Positions 1 through 10,339 of a DNA stretch of 64,000 nt are shown here, one piece after another (position 1 is the first letter of the stretch; the number at the start of each line of letters is the position of its first letter). Source of the DNA: Paramoeba atlantica (Eukaryota > Protista > Discosea); assembly GCA_977017575.1 (NCBI GenBank), contig CDRNVI010000069.1, positions 372,001 through 436,000 on the forward strand, read 5' to 3'. The notes beneath the pieces are model-generated. The model ran no database searches. It worked only from the letters and a program-made list of their open reading frames with translations, and was not told the origin of the DNA. A program made the translations under genes and the position numbers.

Positions 1-1500
1 TCCTTTAAAGGAGTGACTTGGGAAAATTGGGTCATTTTTGGGGAGCTGATGTAAATAGATAAGAAAAGAGAGGTAACATACGAGACACTGAGAAGCATCG
101 TTGGAGATAGTGTCTTAGAAGGATTGTTATTAGATTGATAGGGTTTAGTGACTTTCAAAATCCAGAAATCCTACGAAAGCTGTGCAACATTTGTATCAAA
201 ATTGAATCAGGATCGAAAAATTTGTTTTGTGTAAACCCTCGAACGAAAACCCTGCTGAAACCGTTTAGGACAATTTCTCCACATGTGGTCAGGGGAACGA
301 CAACCATAACACAATAAAGGAGCTCGCTGTTGAGGCACAAAATTCTGGCGCGCATTTCCTTGAAAACTTGCCTTTGAGTGGAAGACCCCTGATCCGGAAA
401 ATCCCACTTGGCGGGCATACTGCTTCTGGCGATCAACTAATTGCTCACTGACAAGATGGTAGAACTTATCATTCGGACGGACGTCTTTTTGCAATTTTTG
501 ATGCACGAGATCCACGTCAATGCGCCGGGCTCGCCAATATGCATCGCGCATCGTCTGAATGATTGCTTCCCATTTCCAAGTAAACTCCCTGATCCCAACC
601 TTGAGTCATCCGCGCAAAAAGAATCCACTTGCAAAAAACATTTTCAAAAAATCGTTCTTGTTGCTTCAGAAAAGTCCGGTCGGTGAAAAACTGGTTCACG
701 CGAAGTCCAAATTCTGGTGCTTCTCGCAGTTCTCGCATCAAATCCCGTACGCGAAATCCCCCGTCATCAAAGGCGTTAATCCATGGGGTGAACGTAATCG
801 GCTCGTAAGGATCCAGGCCGTTAGGGTCCAAATTGGCACTCGGTCCGAAAGGAATTCCAGTTTCCACAGTATCAGCGTTAACAATAGCCTCGTTTGTCCC
901 CCCACCATCCGGGAAATTCTGACTAGTACGTAATCCATTGGCGGTCGACCCTTGTTCTAGCCCCGTAGTCGCCGGAGGATCATCTATGATCGAAATGTCG
1001 TAATAGTACAAGTCGGCGTGCGGAAATGGACACTCTTTTGAGGGTTCATTATCCCAGACACCCCATAATTCAATCCCTTCTTTTCGAATCTTACCTTGCA
1101 CAACTTGCATTGCCTCAGAAGAAGAGTCCTTGCGTCGAAATTTGGCCCTAACATTGACCGCCACCCTATTCAACAGTTTTTCTCGGGCAACAGTGCACAC
1201 CAAACTCAGCTCCTGCTGCGACAACGGCTCGGTAGGCTCGGGCCGTTGCACTGCAGGAGACGAACTGCGCGATGACCGTAAATTTCGGGTAGAGTGAAGT
1301 TCGAGTTGTGTCATCGCAACTTTCCTTTTGCGAGTGGAAAAAGATTATAAGTCACTAGAGTAAAATAATGTATAGTATAGTATGCTAAAATTATAATTAC
1401 ATGATTCCCCCCGGAGGGGGCAAAATCAGGTACATATATGTATATGTGCCCCGTAGGGCCACGGTCAAAGAATAAATATTTTATTCAAGCAATTCTTTCC
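1..1500 (-). mobile_element. YR retrotransposon YR0, 5' part only (runs off the left window edge)
   Basis: Gag is paralogous to YR2 Gag (PTEPLSQQELSLVCTVAREKLL; FPHADLYYY; LREAPEFGLRVNQF). The upstream region carries the GC hairpin tatgtgccccgtagggcc (1443-1460), 17/18 identical to the YR1 terminal-repeat hairpin. The outer boundary is approximate. Confidence 0.75.
207..1314 (-). pseudogene. Gag-like ORF of YR0 with a frameshift near 565; C-terminal CCHC knuckle CYGCRSPDHMWRNC
   Basis: ORFs 517-1314 and 207-551 join into a homologue of 17890-19110. ATG GGA AGCA ATC ATT CAG has 4 nt where the intact paralogue has 6 (EMGRGIVQ). This could also be a sequencing error. Confidence 0.8.
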
Positions 1501-1956
1501 GTAAACTCTAAACATATAATTTCATTTTAAATTCATAATTCCTCTCCGGGTATGCTCTCTGCTATTTTATCTCCACATTTGTAAGAAGAAAGACGTAAAG
1601 TTTCTATGCTATATGAATTGAGTAAATGCTACTACATATTCGTTCTTTGATGAAAGGTATGTTGTTTACGCTAACTTTGAAGAGAAAATTATTTATTACT
1701 TGAAATCTAGTTGACTTACGAGTGGGTGTTTACCATTGACGCGAACAAAACTACCCACCTAGAAGGAAAAAGAATAGAAAAATATTCTGTAAAAAAATAA
1801 TATGCTATTTTGTAATTCGTCACTACGAAGGTAATAAAGACAACATACTAAACAAATTTTTAACCACTCCGATGAATTACTTTCGTAAACTTTCAATAAT
1901 TTTTTGTTTTTTTGTCTGAATTCTGACTTTCCGTTTTCTTTCACATTTTGGCTTGG

Positions 1957-1990
1957 GGGTACGTTCGTTGATTTCTCAACGAACGTACCC
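1957..1990. repeat. Perfect 15-bp inverted repeat with a 4-nt loop
   Basis: gggtacgttcgttga-tttc-tcaacgaacgtaccc. Confidence 0.9.
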
Positions 1991-2029
1991 TGTGACCGTA
2001 AAAAATCTGCAGGACCTTAGAGGGAGGAG

Positions 2030-2440
2030 GAAGAAAGGCCCAACTGATAACTACTTGATAATCTTGACCAACTACCTTGATAACAATTTTTAGTACCCAT
2101 TCGTGGGAAGCAATTTGCGAAGCCCAACTACCTTGATAACAAATTTTAGTACCCATTTTGGCCGCGCGGGGGCCCCCGCGTGAGCGGGGGTGCGCGCGGC
2201 CGCGAAACGGCGAGGGCCCGCGTGAGCGGGCCTGAGCCGTACCCCGCGTAGGGTTCCCCTGTGCGTCGTTAGTGGGAAGCAATTTGCGAAGCTCACTGAA
2301 TTTCGTAGTTTTCGCTACGCAGGCGTTGTCAACGTATATAGCGAAGTGTAGGATACTGAACGCACGGAAAATGAAAATCAAAAAAAATTCTTGGATGTTC
2401 CACAAAAGTCCTTGACTTATGCAAAAGTCCTTGATTTCCA
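2030..2440. repeat. Scrambled cluster of short direct repeats at a junction
   Basis: caactaccttgataacaa..tttagtacccatt x2 plus a partial copy; gggaagcaatttgcgaagc x2; cccgcgtgagcggg x2; aaaagtccttga x2. Confidence 0.8.
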
Positions 2441-2459
2441 CCGTGAATTTCCGTTCGTT

Positions 2460-3300
2460 GAGTACTATCATATCATCGGAAAGTTTTGTCGGGCACGTCT
2501 GCTGATCAAGAACTTTTGTTGCTTTCGTTGTGCACCCTTCAAGCATAAGGCGCGTCGCCTTTTTAATAGCTCGCGCATCGATCGATTCCTCACTCATTTG
2601 ATCCTCGTGTTCCATGTTTTCATTGAAAGGACGCCGCCGTCTGCGCTTAAGACTCGCTTCTCGAACCGCTGTCAACGAGAACTTCATAGCCGACAGGACT
2701 TTGTGCCAGATAATCCGTCGATACTCGTAGGTGCTGTCTGAGTATTCTCTCATTATGTCACGGTAAATCGCGACCGCGCAGGGGGCGAATTCTGGTTCTA
2801 TCGTTTTGGCTGTAGGAAGCGGTTCGTAGTCCAAGTCGTCAGCGGTATGAGAGCTTTGCGGTATGTTTGCCCCCGGTGTTGGGGGAATGTCATTTATGAT
2901 CCCAGACTGCGGTATACCGGATACTTTGTATATTCTGACATTTAACTGTGGCGGCATAGTTCCCTCAAAAAGTTCATTTTCTTTGTGTCCTTCCAGACCT
3001 CGATACGAAACACGAAATTTCTTTTTCTTCCCCCGCCCTATTGAGGCTAACACACTTCCGACTGAGATATTAAGACTGATTTGTCTATCGAAACACCAAG
3101 CTAATACAAATCTGCTGCCAACTTTCAATTGTTTAGTTTGTTGCGCCAAAGACTCCATGGACAGTGGAAAGTCAGTTTCTGGGTGGATGCATTTTTTAAT
3201 CTCCTCGATTGTTTCGTCGTCTTGACTTTTTTCGTCGCGTGAGTTGTGGTTTCCGCCTGCATCTGCTGGCGGTGGCGACTGACAATCGCCGCTCGAATAA
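2460..3300 (-). pseudogene. Group I non-LTR fragment I-h (beta-barrel module plus pre-RT region), truncated at both ends
   Basis: VLAWCFDRQISLNISVG...MPPQLNVRIYKV; DYEPLPT; WHKVLSAMKFSL; RAIKKATRLMLEGCTTKATKVLDQ are colinear with 44731-48534. Confidence 0.85.
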
Positions 3301-4716
3301 TTTTTTTTTTTTTTTGGTGTCTTACAAAGGGAATCGACTCGTTCCTTCTCCTCATTTTTCCTTCCCCCCTTCTCTCGCTTCTTTGAGAGAAAACTACAAC
3401 CGCACATCTCTAACTATATATTAAAAAACGAGTGTAAGAAATCCATTCTAAAGAAATTAAAGCTAAATCTAGAAGCCATAAGTATCCTCCTCTGTACGGG
3501 GCTCCAAGAACCGACGCAACTGGCAGTTTAACACTGCCCCATTCAATTCTTGCAAATGCAGCGCAAAGTCTCGTTCCACCGCCTGCGGATTCATGGACGA
3601 TTTCTCGGCCAAAATGTGTAGTAGCTCTCTTGTGTTGGCGTGAAGTGATCCGCTTGCAAGGATGGGTAAGCACCGAAAGTTGTCCTCTCTTAATATTTTG
3701 GTCGCCACGTACTTGGTGCGTTTCCTCGTGATCGCGTCTTGGAGTGCTTTTGCTGGCTTGGTACCGAGAATGGAAGGAGCGAGCTCGTGTACGACTGTAA
3801 GGTCATAAAAGATCTCCCCTGTGGCCCAATATACTACCAAATCGGGGCCCGATCGATGCAACGCGCTGCCTTTGCACGCTGTTGCATGCTCCCTCTTTCG
3901 CTCTTCGGAAATTACCTCCGAGCACCCGAGGCACGTGTACGATGAAAACTGACGGGGCTCCCGCTCGCATGGGATACCGGCCTTCATGCAAAGGTCGTAG
4001 ATGTAACGAATCAGACAATTGTGCTTCGTAGTCGAATTCGTTCCGGTGCACCTGACGCATCCCGGCACGTGGGTGAGAGCGGTCTCGCCGTTGATTTCCG
4101 TTTTGCAGCCCGGGCAGAGAAAGGATGAAGGGAGCTCCGGGTGACAGATACCGAGCCTCGGCATCACTGCTAGGGTGTATTGTCGCGTCGGTATAAATCG
4201 TTCGGTCGCGTGCAGCCACGAGTAGCTTCCTTTCCGAGTAGTTGCCTGCATTATCTGCGCAGTTTTCTTGGTTTCACACAGACGCGTTTTTATCGCCTTG
4301 TGTACTGCTTTCTCCGCAGACTCTTCTTCCGGTACAGCGGCCACTGTTGAGGCATCGCACGTCGCGACTTGAGCTGAAAACTTTTTTTGCTGCTCTAAAG
4401 CTGCGTGTTGCGAAGCCTCATATGCGGCCACTCGGATAGAGTCCGTTGAAGACAGGCCCAAACCACCCATCGACAGCGGCAAACGAGCCCACTCGACTTG
4501 ATCGGATGTCAAAGGACCAAGCCATGCTTTCAGAACGTCTTCTACCTCTGAGTCAAATTCCTTCGCCATCTCTCCAGATGCCTCCGGCGCGTGCGTTCGA
4601 ATCTGGTATCTTTGTCTCACATTGACGCATTTCGACAGGATGAGGCACGAGACATTATTTGCTCCCATTCTCCGCAATCTTCTAAAAATTGTTTTATGCT
4701 TACGAAGATTCCTTAA
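3301..4716 (-). mobile_element. Non-LTR element I-a, 3' half (thumb, Zn knuckle, RLE, 3' UTR, A-run); coding part 3469-4716
   Basis: LRNLRKHKTIFRRL...LPLSMGGLGL...CPGC..H..GC..C...HRSGPDLVVYWATGEIFYDLTVVH; T-run at 3301-3315; joins in frame to 31858-34032. Confidence 0.9.
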
Positions 4717-5353
4717 AGAAATCCACGCCGAGGGGCTCCCTGGAAACATATACACTGATAACATATATGAATAAATGAACAACTATGAATAGCTCAATCG
4801 TAATTCAAAATGACACAACATATCATTCATTCATTTCACACGCACAAAGATGGAAAAGAAACAAGCCTGCATAAAACAACACAATCAATGTCACTCTGTT
4901 AACGGGGTTCCCCCCCACCGGAACCCTCGGCCAAATGGCTGGGGGCTCGGTGGGTGGGCACAAAACTTTAAACGTAACAAAATAACAACCTAACAAGAAT
5001 ATAACAAACGAGTAAACACCCCCCTCCATGCAATTAGAGAATACTACATCATAATTTGAGAAAATTATGTGCCCCGAAGGGCCAGCAGGCAAATATATAG
5101 CCGCCCCTCGGCTAAATTTCAAAACGTGAACTATTAGAAATCCACGCCGAGGGGCTCCCTGGAAACATATACACTGATAACATATATGAATAAATGAACA
5201 ACTATGAATAGCTCAATCGTAATTCAAAATGACACAACATATCATTCATTCATTTCACACGCACAAAGATGGAAAAGAAACAAGCCTGCATAAAACAACA
5301 CAATCAATGTCACTCTGTTAACGGGGTTCCCCCCCACCGGAACCCTCGGCCAA
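4717..5353 (-). repeat. YR1 right terminus B1-A2-linker-B2
   Basis: 4717-4934 = 5136-5353 (218 bp); 4960-5050 = 10197-10287; 5043-5135 = 31765-31857. Confidence 0.92.
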
Positions 5354-5898
5354 CCTGCCCACACACACGTCACAATAAACGCAAAATGCCCAATCACGTA
5401 GTCAAATATTAATAGATAGAACATATCAAAATATGCAGAGCTCACAAAAGGATAACGATAGCAATAGATGACCAGTCCATTACCACGCCCTTTACAAGCT
5501 CACACGAGCTACACAGGTTACGCTTTCAACCTCTGCCCATATACCAACTTGGGACCTAGAAGTGTGGAGCAACTAGGCGTGGTGTACGGCCGTGTCAACA
5601 ATGACGCGGTTAAAAACATTAAGGCGCTAATCGCAGAGTAAAGAAAACTTTACTCACCTTTATCTCACATTGGGGAACCTTGTTTTTTTCGAAAACCAAG
5701 GCGTGAGGATAAAGTTTGTCAACCGATTAACATCCATAACCTTCCAAAATTATAGGGACAACCTCCAAACCCCAGGACCCCGTCCGCTCTCTTTTTTTTT
5801 TTTTTTTTTTTTCTTTTTTTCTTGTCTTTGTTTTTTTTCTTTTTTTCTTGTCTTGTTTTTTTTTTTTTTTTTTTTTTTGTATTTGGTGATCCTGTCCC

Positions 5899-8800
5899 CT
5901 AGGGTTTTCCTTCAATATGACTGTCTAGCTTACCAATATGATGATGCTGATTATCGCTGTATTTGTCGATGTTGCCTTTATATTTCTCAACCTTCTCTCT
6001 CTCAATCTCCTTCCCGCGACTGACAGCATCCGCCGGGTTCTCATCCGTGGATATGTACGCTGCCTTGACACAAATACCTTTGTCCTCTGTCAGTCGCAGG
6101 ACTTCGCGCAATTCCATTGAAACCCCCTCTGACTTGGAGATCCTCCTGTTCAGTGCAGCCTGACAGGAGGTGTTGTCAACAAAAACATCCAAGCAGGTTC
6201 CACGGGGGCAATGCGCGGAAAACTTCTCGAGGGCTAAGCGGACTGCTGCAGCTTCCGCACGGTTCACCTCATACGAGGATGACTCAGGCCACGCCTCTCC
6301 CGTAATCAAAACCTCTCCGCTGTCTAAATACATAATCGCTCCCCACCCTTTCACCGAGGCATCGGTGTAGAGACGATGCTTGTGTGGAACAACATCGGGG
6401 TGGGGAGGTGGAGACCGTGGAACATTCTCCAACAACTCGTTTCTCCACTCTGCTAGCATGGAGCGAGTGACGACAGGGAGTGCGACCGGACGGTCACATA
6501 ACTTCGGGCAACGGTTCAACAAGTTGATACGCCGTTGCGCCACCTTCAAAGCGAAATAAAATCGCGGCATATTGAGCCGGAGAACTGCGGAGCCATAAAT
6601 GAGGCGCCCCACCACCGCCTCTAGGTCAACAAAGGAAATGTTGAAGAAAGAGTCGGCTCGCAGTTTCCTGATCACTCGCGGTCCCAGGCAGACCGTATGC
6701 GCGTTATGGTCGAACGCCACCCCATTGAACACGTACTGTGCTACAGGGGGCTGACCCCGATCTTTGAAAAGACCGTTCGCCTTGTCGCAACGCTCGTCAA
6801 TGAACTGAGCGTACGTGGTGGCCTCGGAGTGGGTTCCTGCAAACCGAACTCCGTCAACATAAACGTCGATAGCGCCTCGGTGAAACGAGTAGCGCTGAGA
6901 ACAAATCGACGCCTCGCCAGCAATCGCGGCGGTAACCGTGTGCATAACCTCCGGTGCACACCTATGGCCCATCGGGAGGACGTTCATCTCAAACACGTCT
7001 CCACTGTTCGTTCTAAGGCGGAATTTGGGCCGCGCCCTCTTCGGGATACCAATCTGGTAAAACCCGCATGTGAAGTCCCGCTTCACAGCCATCGGCTCGT
7101 GTGCCTTATGAAGGTACTTGGAGGGATGATATAAAGGGACCTGTGGTTCATATCCTTTAAGTCTATCATTATCGTCCCGTGTCCACGAAATAAACCTTCT
7201 GCGCTGATTGCCCTGATCATCGGTCTCCACAACCGTGAAGGGAATCATGAACTGCATCGATGGGCGCTTTCTCAACTCCTGCGCCGGGACCTTAGAGATT
7301 ATGCCTGCGTCCTCCAACAATCGGACGTCCGCCTCAGGCAATGAACCTTTCACACTAGGTTCGGGGTACGGGGCTTTAGGTACCCATAATAATTCATCCA
7401 CTACCTTGCGAAAACGAGTGGCAGCTGACATACTCATCCACTCCTTAACCTGATCCAAATGGATAACAGGTATCGACTTCTTAACGTGCAAAGGTAGGTG
7501 TGCGTCGTGTGCCTTGGCTAGCCGTGAAGAGCGGCGTGCACAAACAACGGAGTGCCTGCGAAGGTAAGGCACTTCCTCGAAGCACTTTGCCACGTGCTCC
7601 GAGGTTACAGCACTGGGAGACGTGCTGAGACTCTCTGCGTCCCTAGAGCCCTTGCCGTTGTAATACTGCTTGCGTTGTAGCGCAACAGTGATTCGACGTT
7701 GAGGTGTTTCGTGAGGTTCTGGACGTCCTCCATCCTGAGATTCCCGAGGGAGATCTCGTGGAATAGGTAAGTAATTGCACCTCTTTTTATGGAATGTGTT
7801 CCATACCCCGGACCGAGAAGTTGATTCATCCTGTGGTCCATCTCCCGGACCGTCGTGTAACACAGGCGCTGGCCTGGTCTCAAACTTCCCACAAACTGAG
7901 CCAGTTCGGGTGTCCCCGGTCCAGTCACTATCGCGTAGAGGTACGGCCGGTAAGGATTCAGACGGGTTGTCTTGGTCCCCCTGCCCCAATAAATGATTAC
8001 CTCGTGACTGGCCACACTCACGAACTGCTCCCGCCTCAGGTCGGCGGTCTCGGTCCATCTCGCAGCGGCTTTCCAACACAGGAGGCAACACATGCTCTCC
8101 TTTACGTCGAGCTGACGTCTCAGCTTCTTTAGAAGAAGTGGCGTGATTGGTAGCATCTGCCGCGTGGGTTCTAGCCCCCCCTGCGCTTGCAGGGCCTTTA
8201 CGTAGAGACTCAATGGGGTACCTTCGATTCCCATGAGCTCGAACAGAGTCCTCAATGCCCCTGCGTACCCCATGCGCGTCGAGGTAGCGAGAGGCAGAGT
8301 CTCCAGGAAGAGCACCGCGTTTGCAGGATTCGCGGTGATTCCCTTCGCCTGGCAATACTCGCGCAGGCGGAACCACAGTCGCTCCCTTGTGGCCCACGTG
8401 GCCGTTGCCCACATGGGCTGGAGCGCCTCGCCCAATTGAGTGGCGCGCGGGTCCTCGGGGGGCATTCGAAGAATCGCCCTCAGCAGCTCCTGGCGGCGTC
8501 CTCCTGGAGGCTGCGCGGCGTCGGCGGTTACGACGGCAGCGGTTTTGGCGGCGGCGGTCTTGGCGGCGGTGTAAACGGGAACGGGAAGCCGGGGTAGAGG
8601 ACGGATTGGGAGGGAGACGCTTCTGCGCCTTAGACGTAACGGGGAGAGAGGGCGGGGAGGAGGAGTAGTGCCACGCACGCGTGGCCGTCTTTCGCGCTGG
8701 CGGAGAGACGGGGAGGAAACAGGGGTAAGAATATCCACCCGTCGTCGCCTGGGACGACGGGCACGAGCAGTAATTGGGGTGGGGGGCATTTCCTAGTGGA

Positions 8801-8955
8801 AAGCCCGTGTTGCGCCGTAACGGTTGGCGCCGCCCACCACCCCGCCGCGAAAATCCTGTTGCGGGGTGCGTGTGGTACGGAACTGCCCCCCCTGCTGTTG
8901 GGACGCTTGGGGGCAGTTCGATCGGAGGTGGCCTGGCTGATGACAGCCAAAACAA
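5899..8955 (-). CDS. YR1 reverse transcriptase/RNase H (DIRS-superfamily type); the N-terminal extension overlaps the YR ORF
   Basis: KRDFTCGFYQI, LPMGHRCAP, DVYVDGVRF (RT); LYTDASVKGWG, NRAEAAAV, FVDNTS, NPADAVSR (RNase H). Confidence 0.92.
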   Translation of the reverse strand: MFWLSSARPPPIELPPSVPTAGGAVPYHTHPATGFSRRGGGRRQPLRRNTGFPLGNAPHPNYCSCPSSQATTGGYSYPCFLPVSPPARKTATRAWHYSSSPPSLPVTSKAQKRLPPNPSSTPASRSRLHRRQDRRRQNRCRRNRRRRAASRRTPPGAAEGDSSNAPRGPARHSIGRGAPAHVGNGHVGHKGATVVPPARVLPGEGNHRESCKRGALPGDSASRYLDAHGVRRGIEDSVRAHGNRRYPIESLRKGPASAGGARTHAADATNHATSSKEAETSARRKGEHVLPPVLESRCEMDRDRRPEAGAVRECGQSRGNHLLGQGDQDNPSESLPAVPLRDSDWTGDTRTGSVCGKFETRPAPVLHDGPGDGPQDESTSRSGVWNTFHKKRCNYLPIPRDLPRESQDGGRPEPHETPQRRITVALQRKQYYNGKGSRDAESLSTSPSAVTSEHVAKCFEEVPYLRRHSVVCARRSSRLAKAHDAHLPLHVKKSIPVIHLDQVKEWMSMSAATRFRKVVDELLWVPKAPYPEPSVKGSLPEADVRLLEDAGIISKVPAQELRKRPSMQFMIPFTVVETDDQGNQRRRFISWTRDDNDRLKGYEPQVPLYHPSKYLHKAHEPMAVKRDFTCGFYQIGIPKRARPKFRLRTNSGDVFEMNVLPMGHRCAPEVMHTVTAAIAGEASICSQRYSFHRGAIDVYVDGVRFAGTHSEATTYAQFIDERCDKANGLFKDRGQPPVAQYVFNGVAFDHNAHTVCLGPRVIRKLRADSFFNISFVDLEAVVGRLIYGSAVLRLNMPRFYFALKVAQRRINLLNRCPKLCDRPVALPVVTRSMLAEWRNELLENVPRSPPPHPDVVPHKHRLYTDASVKGWGAIMYLDSGEVLITGEAWPESSSYEVNRAEAAAVRLALEKFSAHCPRGTCLDVFVDNTSCQAALNRRISKSEGVSMELREVLRLTEDKGICVKAAYISTDENPADAVSRGKEIEREKVEKYKGNIDKYSDNQHHHIGKLDSHIEGKP
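7605..8789 (-). CDS. YR1 tyrosine recombinase
   Basis: CWKAAARWTE (R), GTHSIKRGA (HSxKR), LTKH, SLLRY (catalytic Y); homologous to 19174-20205. Confidence 0.9.
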   Translation of the reverse strand: MPPTPITARARRPRRRRVDILTPVSSPSLRQRERRPRVRGTTPPPRPLSPLRLRRRSVSLPIRPLPRLPVPVYTAAKTAAAKTAAVVTADAAQPPGGRRQELLRAILRMPPEDPRATQLGEALQPMWATATWATRERLWFRLREYCQAKGITANPANAVLFLETLPLATSTRMGYAGALRTLFELMGIEGTPLSLYVKALQAQGGLEPTRQMLPITPLLLKKLRRQLDVKESMCCLLCWKAAARWTETADLRREQFVSVASHEVIIYWGRGTKTTRLNPYRPYLYAIVTGPGTPELAQFVGSLRPGQRLCYTTVREMDHRMNQLLGPGYGTHSIKRGAITYLFHEISLGNLRMEDVQNLTKHLNVESLLRYNASSITTARALGTQRVSARLPVL

Positions 8956-10217
8956 AAAGGTCCTTGGCTGCGTCGACGAGGAGCACGCTGCGCAGTCCGG
9001 CCCCTCAGTTGCTCGTCAACCACAAGCTGACCGTAGCGGTCCTGAGGGTCGTCGTCACGGTGCAACCGCTGTTGCACACGCTCGACAGCAACGCCCGCCG
9101 CAGCCCAATAATGGTTGCGAAGCTCTTCGATGATGAGAAGGGCTACGGCGAGGTTGTGCTTCTCTAGCCATCCCTCCGTATTGCACGCAGCGTACACCCA
9201 TTCAGTCAACATTTTGAACAGGCGCTCACGCTGCGGCGGAGGGTTGAAGCGTACCCCAAGCTGCGGAGCTTCGCGCAGCTCACGGATGAGTTCACGTGGC
9301 TTGAACAAATCATCCGTGTCGATCCACGGTTGCCAAGTAACCGGATCGTAGGGGGAGAAGCCTTTCGGGTCCGTAATACGGACGCGTTCAAACGTGGGGA
9401 TCAGATCTTCAACTGGTTTCCCACCCGGCATCTGCGCCCGAACATGGGCCAGTTCCAAAGAGTGGTAGTTGATCTCGGGATGGGGAAAACGGTAGGCAGT
9501 GTTCTTGTCCCCATCCCACTCGGCGAACAACTCAGTTGAGTTAGGGTCCTTTGGATGCGTCATATGCACCAACCCTATAACCGTCTGCCGTAGGCCATCC
9601 CGGGGAAGAGACCATACAGCTTCAACGGTGACCTCATAGTCTTTGCGCAGAAGCTCAATCACTTTCGTGATGAATTCTTCTTTGCTAGATTGCGTCATGA
9701 TCCCACGCGCATCACAGCGTGAACGCTGAGGCATCCCGACGTGGTCAAGGTCGAGGGCCTCGTAACGGCGCGGCGAGCGAGAAGCCTCAACCTGGTCGGG
9801 GTTAAGGGTTCCTCTTCGTCGCATATGGGGCTCGGGAGCCTCCAGCGGAAAAGGGTACGGGCTAGGGAGGGAGCTCGCAGGCAAACTGGGAAGGTTGGAA
9901 GGGAGAGGGCTAGGCGGTTCGCGGGCGGGGCTGAGTGCTCTTCCTGAAGGGCGTACCTTTCGGCGCGCTGGGACAGGAGTAGGGGGAATAGGAGGAGGTC
10001 GCGCGGATACCTGCGGAGCCGGCTGCGTGGGGAGAGGGGGGAGAGGGGGGCGCACGGGAGGGCACGAAAGGGACTGACGCTTAGAATGGTCTTGGACGGA
10101 GGAGGTCTGAATGGGTGTCGGCGCCCTATTCCGCTTCGGTGATCTATCGCGCTCCTGGCGTGGCTCCGACGGAGCCCGTAAACGTTGGGATCTCATACAA
10201 AACTTTAAACGTAACAA
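8793..10217 (-). CDS. YR1 Gag-like protein (probable ATG near 10196); Pro-rich region, beta-barrel-like module, CCHC knuckle CFGCHQPGHLRSNC
   Basis: 474-aa ORF; shares PY.P.T..PWI and RELIRELREAPQLG blocks with YR0 and YR2 Gag. Confidence 0.88.
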   Translation of the reverse strand: MLRLKFCMRSQRLRAPSEPRQERDRSPKRNRAPTPIQTSSVQDHSKRQSLSCPPVRPPLPPLPTQPAPQVSARPPPIPPTPVPARRKVRPSGRALSPAREPPSPLPSNLPSLPASSLPSPYPFPLEAPEPHMRRRGTLNPDQVEASRSPRRYEALDLDHVGMPQRSRCDARGIMTQSSKEEFITKVIELLRKDYEVTVEAVWSLPRDGLRQTVIGLVHMTHPKDPNSTELFAEWDGDKNTAYRFPHPEINYHSLELAHVRAQMPGGKPVEDLIPTFERVRITDPKGFSPYDPVTWQPWIDTDDLFKPRELIRELREAPQLGVRFNPPPQRERLFKMLTEWVYAACNTEGWLEKHNLAVALLIIEELRNHYWAAAGVAVERVQQRLHRDDDPQDRYGQLVVDEQLRGRTAQRAPRRRSQGPFCFGCHQPGHLRSNCPQASQQQGGQFRTTRTPQQDFRGGVVGGANRYGATRAFH

Positions 10218-10339
10218 AATAACAACCTAACAAGAATATAACAAACGAGTAAACACCCCCCTCCATGCAATTAGAGAATACTACATCAATGGTTTTCCAC
10301 CAACTCCTCAATAATCTAACGTAAATTGAAGGTATTTTT

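Larger units (their letters stand above)
4717..10287 (-). mobile_element. YR retrotransposon YR1 (VIPER/TATE/Ngaro-like); its extreme left end is displaced to 31765-31858
   Basis: gag, YR and RT/RNase H ORFs are intact and overlap; split direct repeats B1 5136-5353, A2 4960-5136, B2 4717-4934, A1 10197-10287 plus 31765-31858. Confidence 0.92.

Noticed and set aside
2160-2330. Hammerhead or HDV ribozyme
   Set aside because: GC-rich with a GAAAC, but no complete catalytic core or pseudoknot could be laid out by eye.
1941-3407. 488-aa ORF as one gene
   Set aside because: It is a read-through across the I-a UTR, an A-run, fragment I-h and a micro-repeat cluster; only about 2460-3300 is homologous to a real protein.
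5670-6023. Phe-rich or Lys-rich small ORFs (also 21917-22120, 37717-38034)
   Set aside because: Produced by T/A homopolymer runs.
7605-8789. Phage or prokaryotic integrase, or prophage
   Set aside because: The YR overlaps DIRS-type RT/RNase H and follows a CCHC Gag inside split direct repeats; there are no phage genes.
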